NCBI RefSeq assembly: GCF_009914755.1
Contig: NC_060935.1
Reading direction: 5' to 3' (one strand)
DNA from: the human T2T-CHM13v2.0 reference genome, Homo sapiens
Length of the DNA: 64,000 nucleotides
Of this stretch, positions 49,190-63,097 are shown one piece after another. A program made the translations under genes and the position numbers. Numbering within the stretch: position 1 is the stretch's first letter; every line of letters begins with the position of its first letter. The notes below the pieces were generated by a model, which saw nothing but the letters and a program-made list of their open reading frames with translations, was not told the DNA's origin and made no database searches.

Positions 49190-51600
49190 TTTTAAAAAAG
49201 TTTTACTCTATGTCAGTTATCTAAATCAATCTAACTCTTTAATATATACAGTTTGAGTTTTGGCAAATGTATGGTGTTGTGTAATTACCACAATTAAGAA
49301 TAGAACAGCGTCATCACCCCAAAACATTTCTTATTCCCTTTGCAATTGCTTTACCCTTCACTCAACCTCTGGCAACCACTGATCTGATTTCTACCCCTGT
49401 AGTGTTGCATTTTTCAGAATGATATATAAATAGGATAATACAGTATTTAGTCTTTTGTGTCTAGCTTCTTTCATTTAGCTTAATGTTATTGCATGCATCA
49501 GTAGTTTGTTCCTTTTAATTGCTGAGTAAGTATTTCATTGGATGGATGTAGGTTTTCTTAAGCTTTAAATTGGCATTGGTTGTTTCCATTTTTTGGTGAT
49601 TATGACAAAAGTCATTATAAACATATACATTTTTATGTAGATAATTTTCTCATTTTTTGGGGAAACGAGTGGGGTTATTTTCTAGGAATAGGGTTACTGG
49701 GAACATATGTTAAGGGTATATTTAACTTTGAGAAACTCCCCAGTTGTTTTCCAAATCAGCTCTTCCAATTTGTGTTCTTGCCAGCAGTGTATAGAGTTCA
49801 AGTTGCATCCCATCGTGTCAGCACATGGTATTGTCAGTCTTTTAATTTTAGCCATTCTAGTAGGCATGTAGTGATACCCTACTGCAGTTTTAATTTGCAT
49901 TTCCCTAATGACTGAACATCTCTACATGTGCTTATTTGCCATTCATATATCTTCTTTGGTGAAATGTCTTCAAGTCTTTTGTCTCTCTTTTGAAATTGTG
50001 TTGCCTTAGTAAGTTCTAAGAGTTCTTTGTATATTCTGAATACATATCCTTAATCAGATATATTTTGCTAATACTTTCTCCCAATCTATGGCTTGTTTTT
50101 ATTTTGAGTGTCTGGCAAAGAGCAGGTATCTTAAATTTTGAAGTCTGATTTCAATCACATTTTAGGTAATTTATATATGTGTCGTATCTGATAAATCTGT
50201 GATTGACCCAAAGTCACAGATTTTCTCCTATGTTCTCGTCCAGAGGTTTTATAGTTTTAGCACTTACAATTTGGGCTAGGATCCTCTTCACCTTAATTTT
50301 TGTATATAATGCTAAGTAAGGGTCAAGGTACACTTTTTTTTGCATATGGGTATCCAGTTGATCCAGTACCATTTGTTTGGAAAAAACTATGCTTTTTCCA
50401 TTGAATTACCTTGACTCTTTGAAAGTCAGTTGACTTTCAAAGATACGTCTGTCCTTTCACCAATAACACCAATCTTGATTAGTGTAGCTTTATACTAAGT
50501 CTTAAATCAGATCTTTGAGTCTGTCAACTGATATATATTTTCTTAAAATTGCTTTGGTTATTTTTGGACCATGGCATTTTCATGTAAGGTTTTGAATCAG
50601 CTAGTTACTTCGTATAAAAAGCTTGCCGATGACTTCATTGAGGTTGCATTGAATCTGTAAATCTAACTGGAGAGAATTGACATCATAACAATACCTTTTT
50701 ATTTAGGCCTTCTTTAGTGTCTTTTTAGCATTGCTTTATAACTTTAAGCACATGTAATGTGCACATATTTTGTTAGAGTCATCTCTTACTATTTGATATT
50801 TTTTAATGCTATCATAAATGGTATTTTTAAAATTTCAATTTCCAATTATTTGTTGCCAGTGTATAGAAATAGTTTGTTTTTTGTAGACTGATCATTCTAA
50901 ACTGACCTGTTAGTTCTTGTGGCTTTTTGGGAGTTTCTTGGGATTTTCTTTTGTAACTGATTATGAGGTTTGTGAATGAGGATGGTTTCATTTCTTCCTT
51001 TTTCATCTGTGGGCCATATATTTCTTTTTTCTTTCTTTTTCTTTTGCTTGATTTTACCGAGTAGGATCTGTGGAATAGAAGTGGTGAGAGTAGATATTGC
51101 TGTGTTGTTCCTGATCTTACTGAGGGGGAAGCATTCAGTCTTTTACCATTACATCTGATGTTAGCTGTAGGTTTTTTTTGTAAATGCCTATGAGTTTGAG
51201 AAGCTTCCATCTATTCCTAGCTGGCTTAGTGTTTTTATGATAAAATGAATTGTGACTTGTGTCAGATGCTTTTTCTGTAAACATTAAGGTGATGACGTGG
51301 TGGTTTTTAGCCTGTTGATTATGGTATATTGATTTCCCCCTGCTACATGTTGAATCAAATTTAAATACCTTTGAAAAACTCCATTTAAGCAAGATTTCTT
51401 TATATTTATATTATAGGATTCTATTTGCTAATATTTTCGTTAAGGATCTTTCTGTTGTTGTGAGGGATATTGGTTTGCAGTTTTCTTTTTTTGCGATGAC
51501 TTGACTGGGAATATGACACATTTTGAAAGCTTTTTATATGTTTTGCCAGCATAGAGGTCATGTTGATCGTTGCCCTACTAGCGTCTGTATTGTTTGAATC
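49190..51600 (-). mobile_element. Old L1M (L1MC/ME-like) 3' and ORF2 remnant
   Basis: ORF2 remnants MQIKTAVGYHYMPTRMAKIK (49694-49900) and KPTANI..NGKRLNA...LLSPLLF (50827-51210). Confidence 0.8.
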
Positions 51601-52854
51601 TCTTTTTGATTCCAATATGAATATTAATAATTTATATCAATATTAACAGTTATTTAGAAAGTTATGATTTCTTTCTTAATTTGTGTATATATTGCTTACA
51701 CATATTTTTCCCTGTTATGATATTAGTCTCTTTCCTGTTGATTCGTAAGATGTCCTCAAACAGTAAAGTTATTGTCTCTGGCTTTTAACTTTGCTTTGTG
51801 TCCCTTGTCACACACAGTTGTTCATTTCCCTGCCTTCTCTACTTTATTCCAAATTCCTTGAAATGTTGTCTTTTGTTTACTCAAGTAAAAATACTCAGAA
51901 TTTTATTGCCATATGAATAAATTCAGAATTGTATTCTCACTTTAAACAGTAGGGTTCTTGATTTTATTTTCTATTTTAGAAATCAATTAATAGCTAATTT
52001 AAAAAAATCCATTACACCCACAATCAAAACAGTAAAAATTCACATTCTGTTTTTTTTAAAATGTTAACTACTAAGGTACAATGTCCTTACCTAACGTCAG
52101 TGTCTAAGTTTTCTTGTTTGGACCGTTTTATACTTTCAAGTATAGATTCACATTCACTTAGGAATGACTAAGTCTTTTTAGTCATTCCTAGAAAGGACAC
52201 ATAGAAAATACATGTGAAGAGATCATCAACTATTTCATCCTTCAACTTTAGCGTTCCTATTTGAACAACTACATTTTCATTTTATGCTGTGACAAGGGCA
52301 TGGTTAAAGATGAGTGAAAACATGATCCTTATGGGTACATTTTAGTAAATGCAAATTTTATTAAGTTGGGGGAAAAAAGTCCTAGAAAAATGAAAAAAGA
52401 AAAAAAAAACCCAGAAAGCACACACAGTATACAAGCCCATTTGAAAATTATTTTTAAATTCAACAGACATGAAATTACTTTGGCAAATTGCTGTAAAAAT
52501 TTAAATGCTCATTCTAAGAAAACAACAACAACAAGCCCTTTTCCTAACTTAGGTTCCTTTCCTCTCAGTCCTGCTCAGACTTAGTGTTTCTCACATCCAG
52601 GGCACCAGAGATGATGTTCTTCCAAGGTTGAGTGCTCTGTTCTTGAGGGGCAGGGCGGGGGACTCTGCAAGAGTGGTTTTGAGAAAAATTTCCTGTAAAA
52701 TACCCTTTTACCCAGATTATAAAATGCTTATTTTTGGTGGAAAATCTCTAGTAAAACACAGAAAATCACAAATAAAAATAAAAATAACCTGTAATTTCAC
52801 CACCTAGAGATAACAACTGTCTTTGTTTTTTTAAGTATACATACACATTTGTTC

Positions 52855-53160
52855 TTTTTTTTTTTTTTTTTTTAGAAATAGGGTCTCGCTCTGTCACACA
52901 GGCTAGAAGGCAGTGGCATGATTGTGGCTCACTGTACCCCCAAACTCCCAGGCCCAAGCGATTCTTCTGCCCTAGCCTCCTGGGTAGCTAGGACTTCAGG
53001 TGTGTGCTACCATGCCTGGGTAATTTTTAAAAATTTTTTTGTAGAGGTGGGTTCTTTCTGTGTTCCCCAGGATGGTCTCAAACTCTTGGCCTCAAGTGAT
53101 CCTCTCACCTTGGCCTACCAAAGTGCTGAGCTGACAGGCAGTAAGCCGCTGTGCCCTGCT
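52855..53160 (-). mobile_element. AluJ
   Basis: PolyT plus diverged Alu. Confidence 0.88.
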
Positions 53161-54011
53161 CATATACCCATTTTTAAATAAGTGAGATGCTCCTAGGTAT
53201 ATATATTTCCCCATGTCATTAAAGTGTCTTCGCAAATATTTTTATGGTTGCCTAATATGCCATTAACCTTTATTTAACCATTCTCCTGCTGTTGGATACT
53301 TAGGTTAATATCCTTTTTTTGAATCTCCGTTTAAAGAGTTCTACTAATTGGCAGGTTTCTTCTCTCCTTCACTTTCACTACTCTCACCAGCATAACATGG
53401 AACTGATTCTACAGTTCAAAAATGCAAGATAGGAATCTTCTCCTTATCTCATGTAAACACTTACTTTATAGTAATTGTTTCAAAAATTTTACCCCCAAAT
53501 GATTACCGAGCTTACACATATTAGGGCATAAGATGACCTAGGTCTCTTTGGGTTATCGACAGGGTTCTAAGAGGGCCCCAGTGACACTACGTAATACCTC
53601 CTTATGCCGCTCTTATTGAAGGAGGGTCACAAATTCCTCCAGACCATATTCAGATCTGCTCATCTCCATCCAGAGAGGTTTTAGCACATCACAGCTTGCT
53701 CCTGGCCTGATAAACTATCAGTCCCTGAGGAGTGATTGAATAACCCACATTTCAGTAACTACCATAAAATATGATTCTGCATCCACTCAGTGGCATCGTC
53801 TCACAAGTGCCTTTGATGCAGGGAGCAGCCTCTGCTTGTGACAGTGCAGCTCGACTGAGCAAATATCCTTTTCTCAGAGTGAAAAAAACAAAACAAGGAA
53901 GAACAAAAGAAATTGTTGCAGGCCTTTTTTTTTTTCCTCCATTAAACATATGATGCCTGACTGGATTTTCTACTTTGTACTTAATAACTCACTTGTTAAT
54001 ACTATACATCA

Positions 54012-54145
54012 GGCCAGGCATAGTGGCCCACACCTGTAATCCCTCTGAGGTGGGAGGACCACTTGAGCCCAGAAGTCCAGGGCTACAGCAAGCCACGACA
54101 CTCCAGCCTGAGTAACAGAGAGAGACCCTGTCTCTAAAACAAACA
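54012..54145 (+). mobile_element. FRAM/FAM-like Alu monomer
   Basis: ggccaggcatagtggcccacacctgtaatcc...ctccagcctgagtaacagag. Confidence 0.8.
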
Positions 54146-54186
54146 ACACAATGCACGTCGTTAATGTACACCAGAGAGGAGATTTG

Positions 54187-54500
54187 GTCTGCAAATTCTT
54201 TAATGATATCTCTTGTGACCATTAGAATACCTTCCCAACTACTAGTAAGCTGATGAATCATTTTGAACATCTGGAAACATTCTTCTAAAGTTTGTTTTTT
54301 TCCCTTGTCAATCACAGTTTTGTCTGATCGTGGATTCTGGATCCATTAGTTCTAATGGATCAATTCAAGTGGGCATGAAGTTCCACTTTGGCAATTCAGA
54401 GTAAAAGCTTACCTTCCATGGCTGATGCTCTTCTGCCTCCATTATAATTTTACCAGGAAAACAATAGTCCCTCTCCACTCTTATTCTTGGTATGAACAAT
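54187..54500 (-). pseudogene. ADAL (MAPDA, adenosine deaminase-like) processed pseudogene, 5' fragment
   Basis: Translates across frameshifts as MEAEEHQP..FYSELP / VELHAHLN*SI / IHDQ / VIDKGKKQTLEECFQMFKMIHQLTSSWEGILMVTRDIIKEFAD, matching the ADAL N-terminus with its HxH metal motif. The 5' boundary is approximate. Confidence 0.85.
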
Positions 54501-55394
54501 AGGATGTATTTCAGTCAGTAAATTCTGTGGTTCTGAATTTCCTTCAGATTGCTTTACTTCTAAACATTTCGATAAGATTAGCTGTATGTGTAGCTCTGGG
54601 TTCAGCTTCACCTCTTAGAGATTTCTCAACCACTAGGACCTAGACAGGTTTTCCCTTATGACTGAAAGTCTCGTAGAAAAGTGACAACTCGGGCTCCCCT
54701 AACACACATCTCAGTGGTAGGGAGCTGTCTTCCTGGGAAAACATAATCCAGGGCTATCAAACAAAAGGAAAATATTGTCTTACTGATCAGTGTGTTTTCA
54801 GGGCCTGGTACAATGACTAGTGCAAATTTCACAAATATTTTGTGAATGAGGGAGTGAATTAACTGAATTTCTTATTCCTTCACTTTGGTTTTGTTTGCTG
54901 TGAGTTATATAGAACTCATAGGTAGGGTTTATTTTTGGAAAACCTGTATTTTGTGAAGTTCACCTCATGACTTACAGTGGTTCAAAAGGTATTGTTGAAC
55001 TTCCTATAAATGTGAGCATAAAAAACTTACTTGACTCTAAATGATATACTTATGTAGGCCGAGCTTTATAATTTAATTTGGATAGTAAGTGGTAGTATCT
55101 AATTATAGTGTTGTAAAATTCGGTTTACTAAGACTACATTTGCATTATACTATAAGAAGTTCTATCTTTAAAGTACACATGTACCTGCATGTTTTTTTTT
55201 TTTACTGTAATAAATTTAAAGTATTATGTCATGTCTGTTGAATATGAGGAACATTTTGGGGCAGTTGATAGGATTTTTGATGCTAAACAAGGAATGTTTT
55301 GCTGTTTCTTCCTGTACATTCCCTAGTACTGTGCACAAACAGTAGAGTTGAATTTCGTGGTTCTCCAGTTGAAATAGAAAGGCTAATTGCCGTT

Positions 55395-55692
55395 TCTTTT
55401 TTTTTTTTTTTGAGACGGAGTCTCGCTGTGTCACCCAGGCTGGAGTGCAGTGGCCGATCTTGGCTCACTGAAACCTCTGCCTCCCAGGCTCAAGTGATTA
55501 TCCTGCCTCAGCCTCCCGAGTAGCTGAGATTACAGGCACGTGCCACCACACCCAGCTAATTTTTGTATTTTTAGTAGAGACGGGGTTTCACCATGTTGGC
55601 CAGGCTGGTCTCAAACTCCTGACCTCAGGTCATCCACCTGCCTCAGCCTCTCAAAGTGCTAGGATTACAGGTGTCAGCCACCATGCCCAGCC
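55395..55692 (-). mobile_element. AluSx/Sz
   Basis: Full Alu. Confidence 0.92.
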
Positions 55693-55856
55693 CTTTTTTG
55701 AACTACCTCACCTAGTCTTAACTTCACCTGTTACCTACTTTCGAATTTTAAAAATTAATACTTATTTTCACTCGTGTTAATATCTTTTGATTCTTCTCCA
55801 TGTTTTTAAGCAATTGGTTTTGAATGTGACCCTGCAACCGTGATCTCAATTGGGTT

Positions 55857-56043
55857 TCTTTTTTTTTTTTTTTGAGACAGAGTCTCTCTCTGTCACCCAG
55901 ATTGGAGTGCAATGGTGTCATCATGGCTCGCTGCAGCCTCGACCTTATGGGCTGAAGTGATCTTGAATTGCTGGACTCAAACCATCCTCCTGCCTCAGCC
56001 TCCCAAAGTTCTGGGATTATAGGTATAAATCACTGCACCCATC
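55857..56043 (-). mobile_element. AluJ with internal deletion
   Basis: Right-arm start joined to left-arm end. Confidence 0.8.
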
Positions 56044-59000
56044 CTGGCTTTCCATTTTATCCTTTACTTTTGCATTTCATATTTTAGTGTTGTATGCATC
56101 CATCAGTCACTGGAGGCTGCTTTTTTCCTTTATTACCTATTTTTAAGGATAGACGAGATATAGAAAAATCAAATCATACATAAAATGGGAATAATACTAT
56201 CATTTGCACATATAAATGAGTATATTCCCTGTGGGAAGACTAAGCACTTTTCCAGACACTGCTGACTTTGTTGAAATTTTTGTTGCTCATGTTTTAGAAT
56301 TGTCTTTGTAGACACCATACCAGACACAGAAGTGAACTGGCTTTGTTACTTATAACTTATCCTCTTTATCTTGATTATCTTTTTTTCCCTTTCTTGTCTC
56401 TCTGGAAAAAGAAGATTTGTACAAGAACCAAATTGAAACTTGGAGCCAGTAGGAACCCATTGGATTGTAGATTTTATGGAATATGTCTAATAATCATATC
56501 ATTATAATTAAGACCATAATTATTTGGCATTTTACCATATACTGAACACTTTCTGCATAAGTTCTCATTTTTCCTTACGACAAGAAAGGTAGCTATTAAA
56601 ATTTCGGAGGAGGAAAGGAAGGCTTTTAAGTGACTTGTCCAAGGTCACAGTGGTGAAGTTAGCAGTTAAACCTATTTGTGATGCTAAGTCACATTTTCTT
56701 TCTCTGCTGTCGTGCCTACCATTATTTGTGTGTAGTTTGCTTTCTGTAATTGGGTAATGTCAGTGTAATTGACAGTATTGTAAATAATTTTGGGCTACTC
56801 ATTGTGTGCGCACACTTGGAGTATAAAATGAATGTTTGCCTTTAGACTTCGGCGTAAATGGAGACGAGAGGTACTGAGTGCCAGGTGCAAGCAAGGCCTT
56901 CTGGAATGCTGCCTTGTCACAATCCTTTTCTGTTTGACGAGATCGATGCAGTGAAGGACAACAAGATTTTCTTAGCAGTGGAGAAGTGCCACGAGTGATG
57001 AAGCAATAAGACATGTGCAGGAGAGAGCGCAGGTGTAGTGATCAGGCACAAAGGCAGTAAGAGATGGCTGGTTGACCTCCCACCATAGGGAAGAACCTTG
57101 TTTTGGCTAATTGTCTTGTTGGGTGTTCAGAAAGTTGACCTCCAGGGAGACAGTGTTAGATAAGAGCATGAACATACAATTAAAATGATTAAATTAAAAT
57201 TTATTTTTGGAACACTTATTTCCTTAAATGTGAGAATGAAATCTCTAAGCATATGCTTTCTTTTCTTTTTCAGTTTAAACCTTTTTAGAAATGAGACTGG
57301 GTAGATTCCATTTTAGCTCAACAAATGTCCTTTTAAAGCTTTCTTAAAAGTAAACATAGGTCAGTTTTAATTAAGATTTGAATGATACCCATAGATTATT
57401 CATTGTACCTTAGAGTTGATTCCAGATCCTGTTTACATTGATTTAGTCCTACTTTTTTTTTTTTTTTTAGTAGCTTTTTCTTTTTTTAGTACTGTAAGAA
57501 CTCACTGTTGGTGTTAAAACACAGATTAGCTAACTTTGAAGCTTATAAGTATACTCTTATAAAAAGATTCCAAGTTCCAAATCAAGATTCTCCTATGTGG
57601 GAGCTAGGATGTTTCTGCCTCTTGTCTCTTCACTTTTTCTCTTTCTCTCTTTTTCCCTCCTTTCAGCAGCAATTACCTAACGGATGCCAGGGACTGTGTT
57701 AGGTACTTAGTGACTTTTAGGAACTTGGACTAAGTATTTGTAAAATAAGTACTGGAAAATGATTAACATCTATCAATTTTTTTATAACTTACCATGCACT
57801 TTGACTATCATATCTCACTTATTTAAATTCTTACCACAGCCTTGTGTAGTGTTGTTGTCATGTTACAAGTTCAGACACAGGCTTTGACAGGTTCACTTAC
57901 TTCCTTGCCTAATGTTGCATAGTTAGTGAAGCGCTAGCACTGGAGTCTGTACTTAGGCCCCTCTGACTTGCCTCGGTATGATTGTGCTTGCTTTGATTCC
58001 CGTCATTTCTACATTTAGTGGTGGCTTTTAGTGTTCCATTTTCACTTCCCACTTACACTGCCATTCTGCCCCCAGATTCTTATTACCTCATTCTTGGCTC
58101 GGGGGGATAAGCTTCATAATTGGTTCTCGTTGTTCTTCTGAGTCATCTTCCTGTGAACCTTGGTCAAATTAGTATTTTTTTTCAAGTGGTTTACCTTCCA
58201 TGCTACCCTTAAGTTCACCCTTGCAGTTGGGTTTTGTAAGCTAGCCCCTATCCTATTGTCCTGCGAGACCATTCTTCCCAGTTTCCACTTAAACAGTGAA
58301 GGATTCCTTCCTGGATTATTTTCTTCCCACTCCAGCATTTCACATCTTTCAAGATGCAGTGCTTATCTTGTCTCTTCTTTGAAGCCATCCCTTACTTCTT
58401 CAACCCACTGACCTCTGGATTCCAATGGTCTATTTTGCTAGTATTTTTTTCTTTTTCTTGACATTTCATAATGTAGCCACATGTCTCTTAATTTTTATCT
58501 CTTCCATACCTGGTGATTTGTGTTCAGGGGCCTTATGTAATGTTCAGTTGACTTAAACAGAAGGAAGAACTCTAAAGTCAAGACTACTGTACTCCGAATT
58601 TTTGCTACCATGAAGTGAAACAATGGTAGCATGATCTCAGATGTTGCCAGCTGAAATAGTTTGGTATATATGCTCATTTGTCTTATAGGTGTCTTTTCTG
58701 TTTTTTGGCATCCTGTGCTTAATTCTTTTTTTGTAATCTAAGCTTTGTTCCAATTCAAAAGGAGTTGTTATTGTGTAACATGAAGCTTAGATGCATATAT
58801 TGAGTTGCTTTATGTATTTTTTTTCCTATTTGAGTTTGGTATGCAGATGACTTCCTGAGGATGTAAATTTTCAGTGGAAAGCTTAAAGCTGGTTTTGGCA
58901 TGATGTTTATTCTGTAACATGCTGAATCATTATATCAAATATTGAGTCGTTTTCCTTTATCTCCTTCTTTTATACAATATTCAATATTTATAACATCTGC

Positions 59001-60847
59001 TAACTACTGAATTTTTAAATCTACTTTTGTGGTTGAAGTTTAAACAGCTACTTTTACAGGCCGTATTTATCTTTATTTTAAGGTAGTTACACAGGTAATG
59101 AAAGAAATGTGAAATAGGACAGGCTGTTCTTGAAGGTCATGTGAATTGCCCTTTGAACTTGTTATATGATTAGAAATAAGGAGTTTTCAAATTCATAAAC
59201 AAGTGCTTGTTTATATGGCTCTAACAAATATAATTGTACAACACTGCTAATATGGCAGATTAGTTTCCAGAAATGCTGTTCATAAGACCACTTTTTAAGT
59301 CTCTAAGCAGTGTGTGTATCTGTACCTGAACTTGTTAATGGGAGGACTGTCTTTGTGATGGCACTGGATTCAACTTTCACATTTCTTTTCAACACTTTTA
59401 AATTGTCCAAGCAAATTTTTGTTTTGACTTTGTTCTTTTCAATGCATATTTTGAAACACGGTTTCAAGTCCAAGGCAACATCTGAGGCTAGTGCCATCTG
59501 TTGGTGACAGTTAGAATTAAATCACTTTTGCTTTGATGCGAAGCTTTGTTCTTTACCATGAAAGTGTACATTTTAGGTGAAATGCCGGCTTATTAAGTGA
59601 AGACTTCATGAAGTTTTTAGAAAAATTTATTCAGCAAATATTTGAACACCTGCTGTGTGCTAGGCATTGAGAGCTGTTAGCAAAACCAACAGTATTCCCT
59701 GTGCATTAATGGGTGGGATGGACAAAAAATGAATATGTGTGCTATGGTAGGGGCAAGATGAAGCAGTGTAAGGGGGATATAGAATTCAGGGAAGGTGGGT
59801 GGCATGCTGCAATTTCAGATAGAATGATCAGAGGTGGTCACCATGGAGGGTGTATAAGGCACTCTTCTGTTGTTGCTGGATCATGAACTTTAGAGGTTTT
59901 AAGCATTGAAAATATTATTGTTCCTCCTCCCCCATAGGTAATTTGAAATGAAAACAGTATGAAACTTGAAAATAGTAAGAAAGTCCTGAAGTTATTTTCT
60001 CCATGATGGCTACTTCACTGCTTTTGTTGAAATAAATTATTTCAAGAACATTAAAAAAAAAAAGTATTCCAGCTTTACTGGTTCTCTGAGCATATGTGTA
60101 AGCTGCCAGTTGGTTTATTGAACACTGAGAGCTAGGCACTCTAGGGGGAATGTGAAGATAATTCAGACCTTCTTTGAACCTTGCACTAGCAGGTTGATTG
60201 GTTAGAGCAGTGGCACTTCAGTAAATTAAGTGGGAACAGGGATGTCTGCATATTAAGAAATGCCTATTGTTTAGTGAAAGTGAAGTATAAGTATAAACTT
60301 ACTTATAAAATAAGTGTAAGATTAGCATACAGATTTCATGATGATTTAAATCTTAAGTCTTTAGGACAGTGTTTCTCAAGCCGTCTTTGCTGAAGGGTTA
60401 ATGTTGTAATTTTGAAGCAATCACAAACCAATGACTTTGTAAAATATATTAAAGTTAAAATATGAGAAAAATGAACCCCTCTTTGCTTCCCTAGTTCTTT
60501 TTTTTTTTTTTTTTAACCTTTTTGCTTCTTCCTTTGTCTCCCTCTAGGTTGGATTATTTTATCTTTTAATAATAAAACCTCATTCTGTATTCTTCTGTTT
60601 GTTTCTTCTGTTTATATGGCCATAAAATTATACAGTGTTGTGGTGTGTTTTTGCATGTGTGAGTGTGTGTATTCGTAACATAGTGAATGTTTAATGGAAA
60701 TACACTGTTTGTCACTGAATACGTTTTGCAGTTTATCACCCTTTCTATGCCTCTTGGGTTATCATGGATGGGCGGGATTTGGCCTTATAAGTGATACCAC
60801 CGAAGTTGAAATGTGAGGGTTCCTTGATTCTTTTTGGTATTGGGCTC

Positions 60848-61216
60848 TGTTATGGTTTGAATGCATCTCCTCCAAAATTTGAATGTTGTCAGTGGAATAG
60901 TATTAAGAGGTTGGGGCCTTAAGAGGTGATTAGGTCATGAGGGCACCTTCCTCCTTAATGGGATCAAGACCCTTATAAAAAGGCTTCTTGTAGTGTTCTT
61001 CCAGCTTGCTCTTCTGCCATGTGAGGACACAGTTTTTCCTTCTTGCCCTCTGCCTTCTGCCATGTGAGGATGCAGCAAGAAGGCTCATACCAGATGTCAA
61101 ATGCTGGTGCCCTGGTCTTGGACTTCCCAGCCTCCAGAACTTTGAAAAATTTCTCTTCTTTATAAATTACACTGTTCCAGGTATTTTGTTATAGCAGCAC
61201 AAAGCAGACTAAGACA
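60848..61216 (+). mobile_element. MST-type MaLR solo LTR
   Basis: tgttatggtttgaatg...ccagcctccagaac...gttatagcagcacaaagcagactaagaca. Confidence 0.85.
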
Positions 61217-63097
61217 AGTTCTCTAGTTGAATTGTCCACCCTATACCCCTAAAGGGAAGGAAGATTAAGAAGAAGAATTAATATATAGGCTTCTGTAGGC
61301 ACATTGTCTATATAATGAAGTGTGTAGTAAGATGAATGTCTTTGAATCAGGTAGCACTTCTTGCTTTTTTTTCAGCATTCTCTGCAGCATCTTTCACATG
61401 TTAGGCACTTAATGCTTGTTTGTAGCATGGAGTCCATTTCTTCAAATGAGCCTCTTCCAAGGCATTCATTGACAACACTTTCATCCCTAGTATCAAAATA
61501 ATAAAATGTAGTTCTTCCTCAACACATTATGATCAGAAACATCTATGATTTTTGTTTTAATAAACCAAATTTTTAAAACTTATTTTTCAAGCCAGGAGTG
61601 TTTTGCCATAGGACAAAAAAGTTTATCTCTATTAAGCAGGTAGCAGATCATCAATCTCTGGAAATTTTTTCCCCTCCAGAAGGCTGTTGCTGTTTTTTAT
61701 TTCTTTTATTCTTTTAGCTTGCCTGCTGGCTGTTAGAATAGAGGTGACAGACGGTCTTGATATACTGTTGGGCAGAGAATCTGCTGGTTTTTATTTGGCA
61801 TAACAAATGATTGAAAACAGTGATGTTTTGTTACAGTTCTAATAAGGCCGACATGGTAGTGATTCTTAGGGTGCATAAATTCTAGGCTCTAGAAAAAAGT
61901 GCCTTAGTAAACTGGGCACTGTAAATGTCCCTGGACTATATAAGAAGAAATTTCTTGGCATTAATGTGCATGAGATAGATATCACTTATTGCAGCTTTTG
62001 GAAAAGTGCATAAAGGATGAAGCTAATATTTTCAGCGATGATCTGTCTTGGAGCCGTTTTCCTTCCTGTTGGTCTATTCTCTCTCCACCTCTTTCATTGC
62101 TAGACTCAGTGAATCAATTTCTCAGTGACAACCATGATAAGGCATGCCTACACCTAATAATTCTCACCCAAGTTTGTTTTTAAAATTAAAATGGCCTATT
62201 TCCTATTATATCTTTGGGTGATAACGATTAGAATAATTCTTCCACCTGCGTGCATTTTCATATGCACTGATTTTTGTCATGGGAAGAAACAAAGCAGAGG
62301 AATGTTTTCTTCCTTGCTGTGATACCTAATTTTGGAAGGTACACTAATTTCAAAATGTTTGATATGGGAAATGGTTGCATATTCCAAAAACACTTAGCAC
62401 GACCTTGCTAAATAATGCTCTCTCCTGTGGTTTGGATCAGCATTGTTTTGTTTTCTTTGCATCTTTTGATCTATCTGAACTGTCTTCTGCTTGCAGATAT
62501 ATTCATAAAATAGGATTTTGCAAATTGAAGAGTAGGTAAATTACTATTAAAGCGCTGTATTTGTACTCCCTACTCAAATCTTCTGAGACTGAACTTTTTT
62601 TTTTTTTTTAAAGGAATCTATGAAAATCTGGCTTTCAGCGAGTCTTATTTTCTTTTTACTGTTTCCTCTTAAGGGTTTTTTAAGTTGGCTGAATTTACTC
62701 TACTTACTCATATGTGTTTTAGTAGCTATTGAGCCATTTTATTTAATAGCTTGAATAAACTATTGGTTATTGAATCTTTTTAGAAATACTTATTTCTAAT
62801 CCCCTCTCTTTCCTAAAAAGGAGGGAAGAAGAGATATTTTATTATCCAAGAATATGCTATCAATATCCTGGAGCCCACCTATCTAGTTTCCAGTGTGTCA
62901 ACTAGCACCAGCTTAGCTAACCAGACTTACAGTGAGTTTGTAATTACATGATTAGGTATGGCATACCCAGTTACTCCTTCTTTTCTCTGCCTACCCCAAG
63001 CCCCATTAGCTCTGTTTTATGACAGAAATTTCAGATTTCTTTGGCTTTTCTGATTCATTTACTGACGAAAGAGACTTTTTCTAGGTTTCAAGAATTA

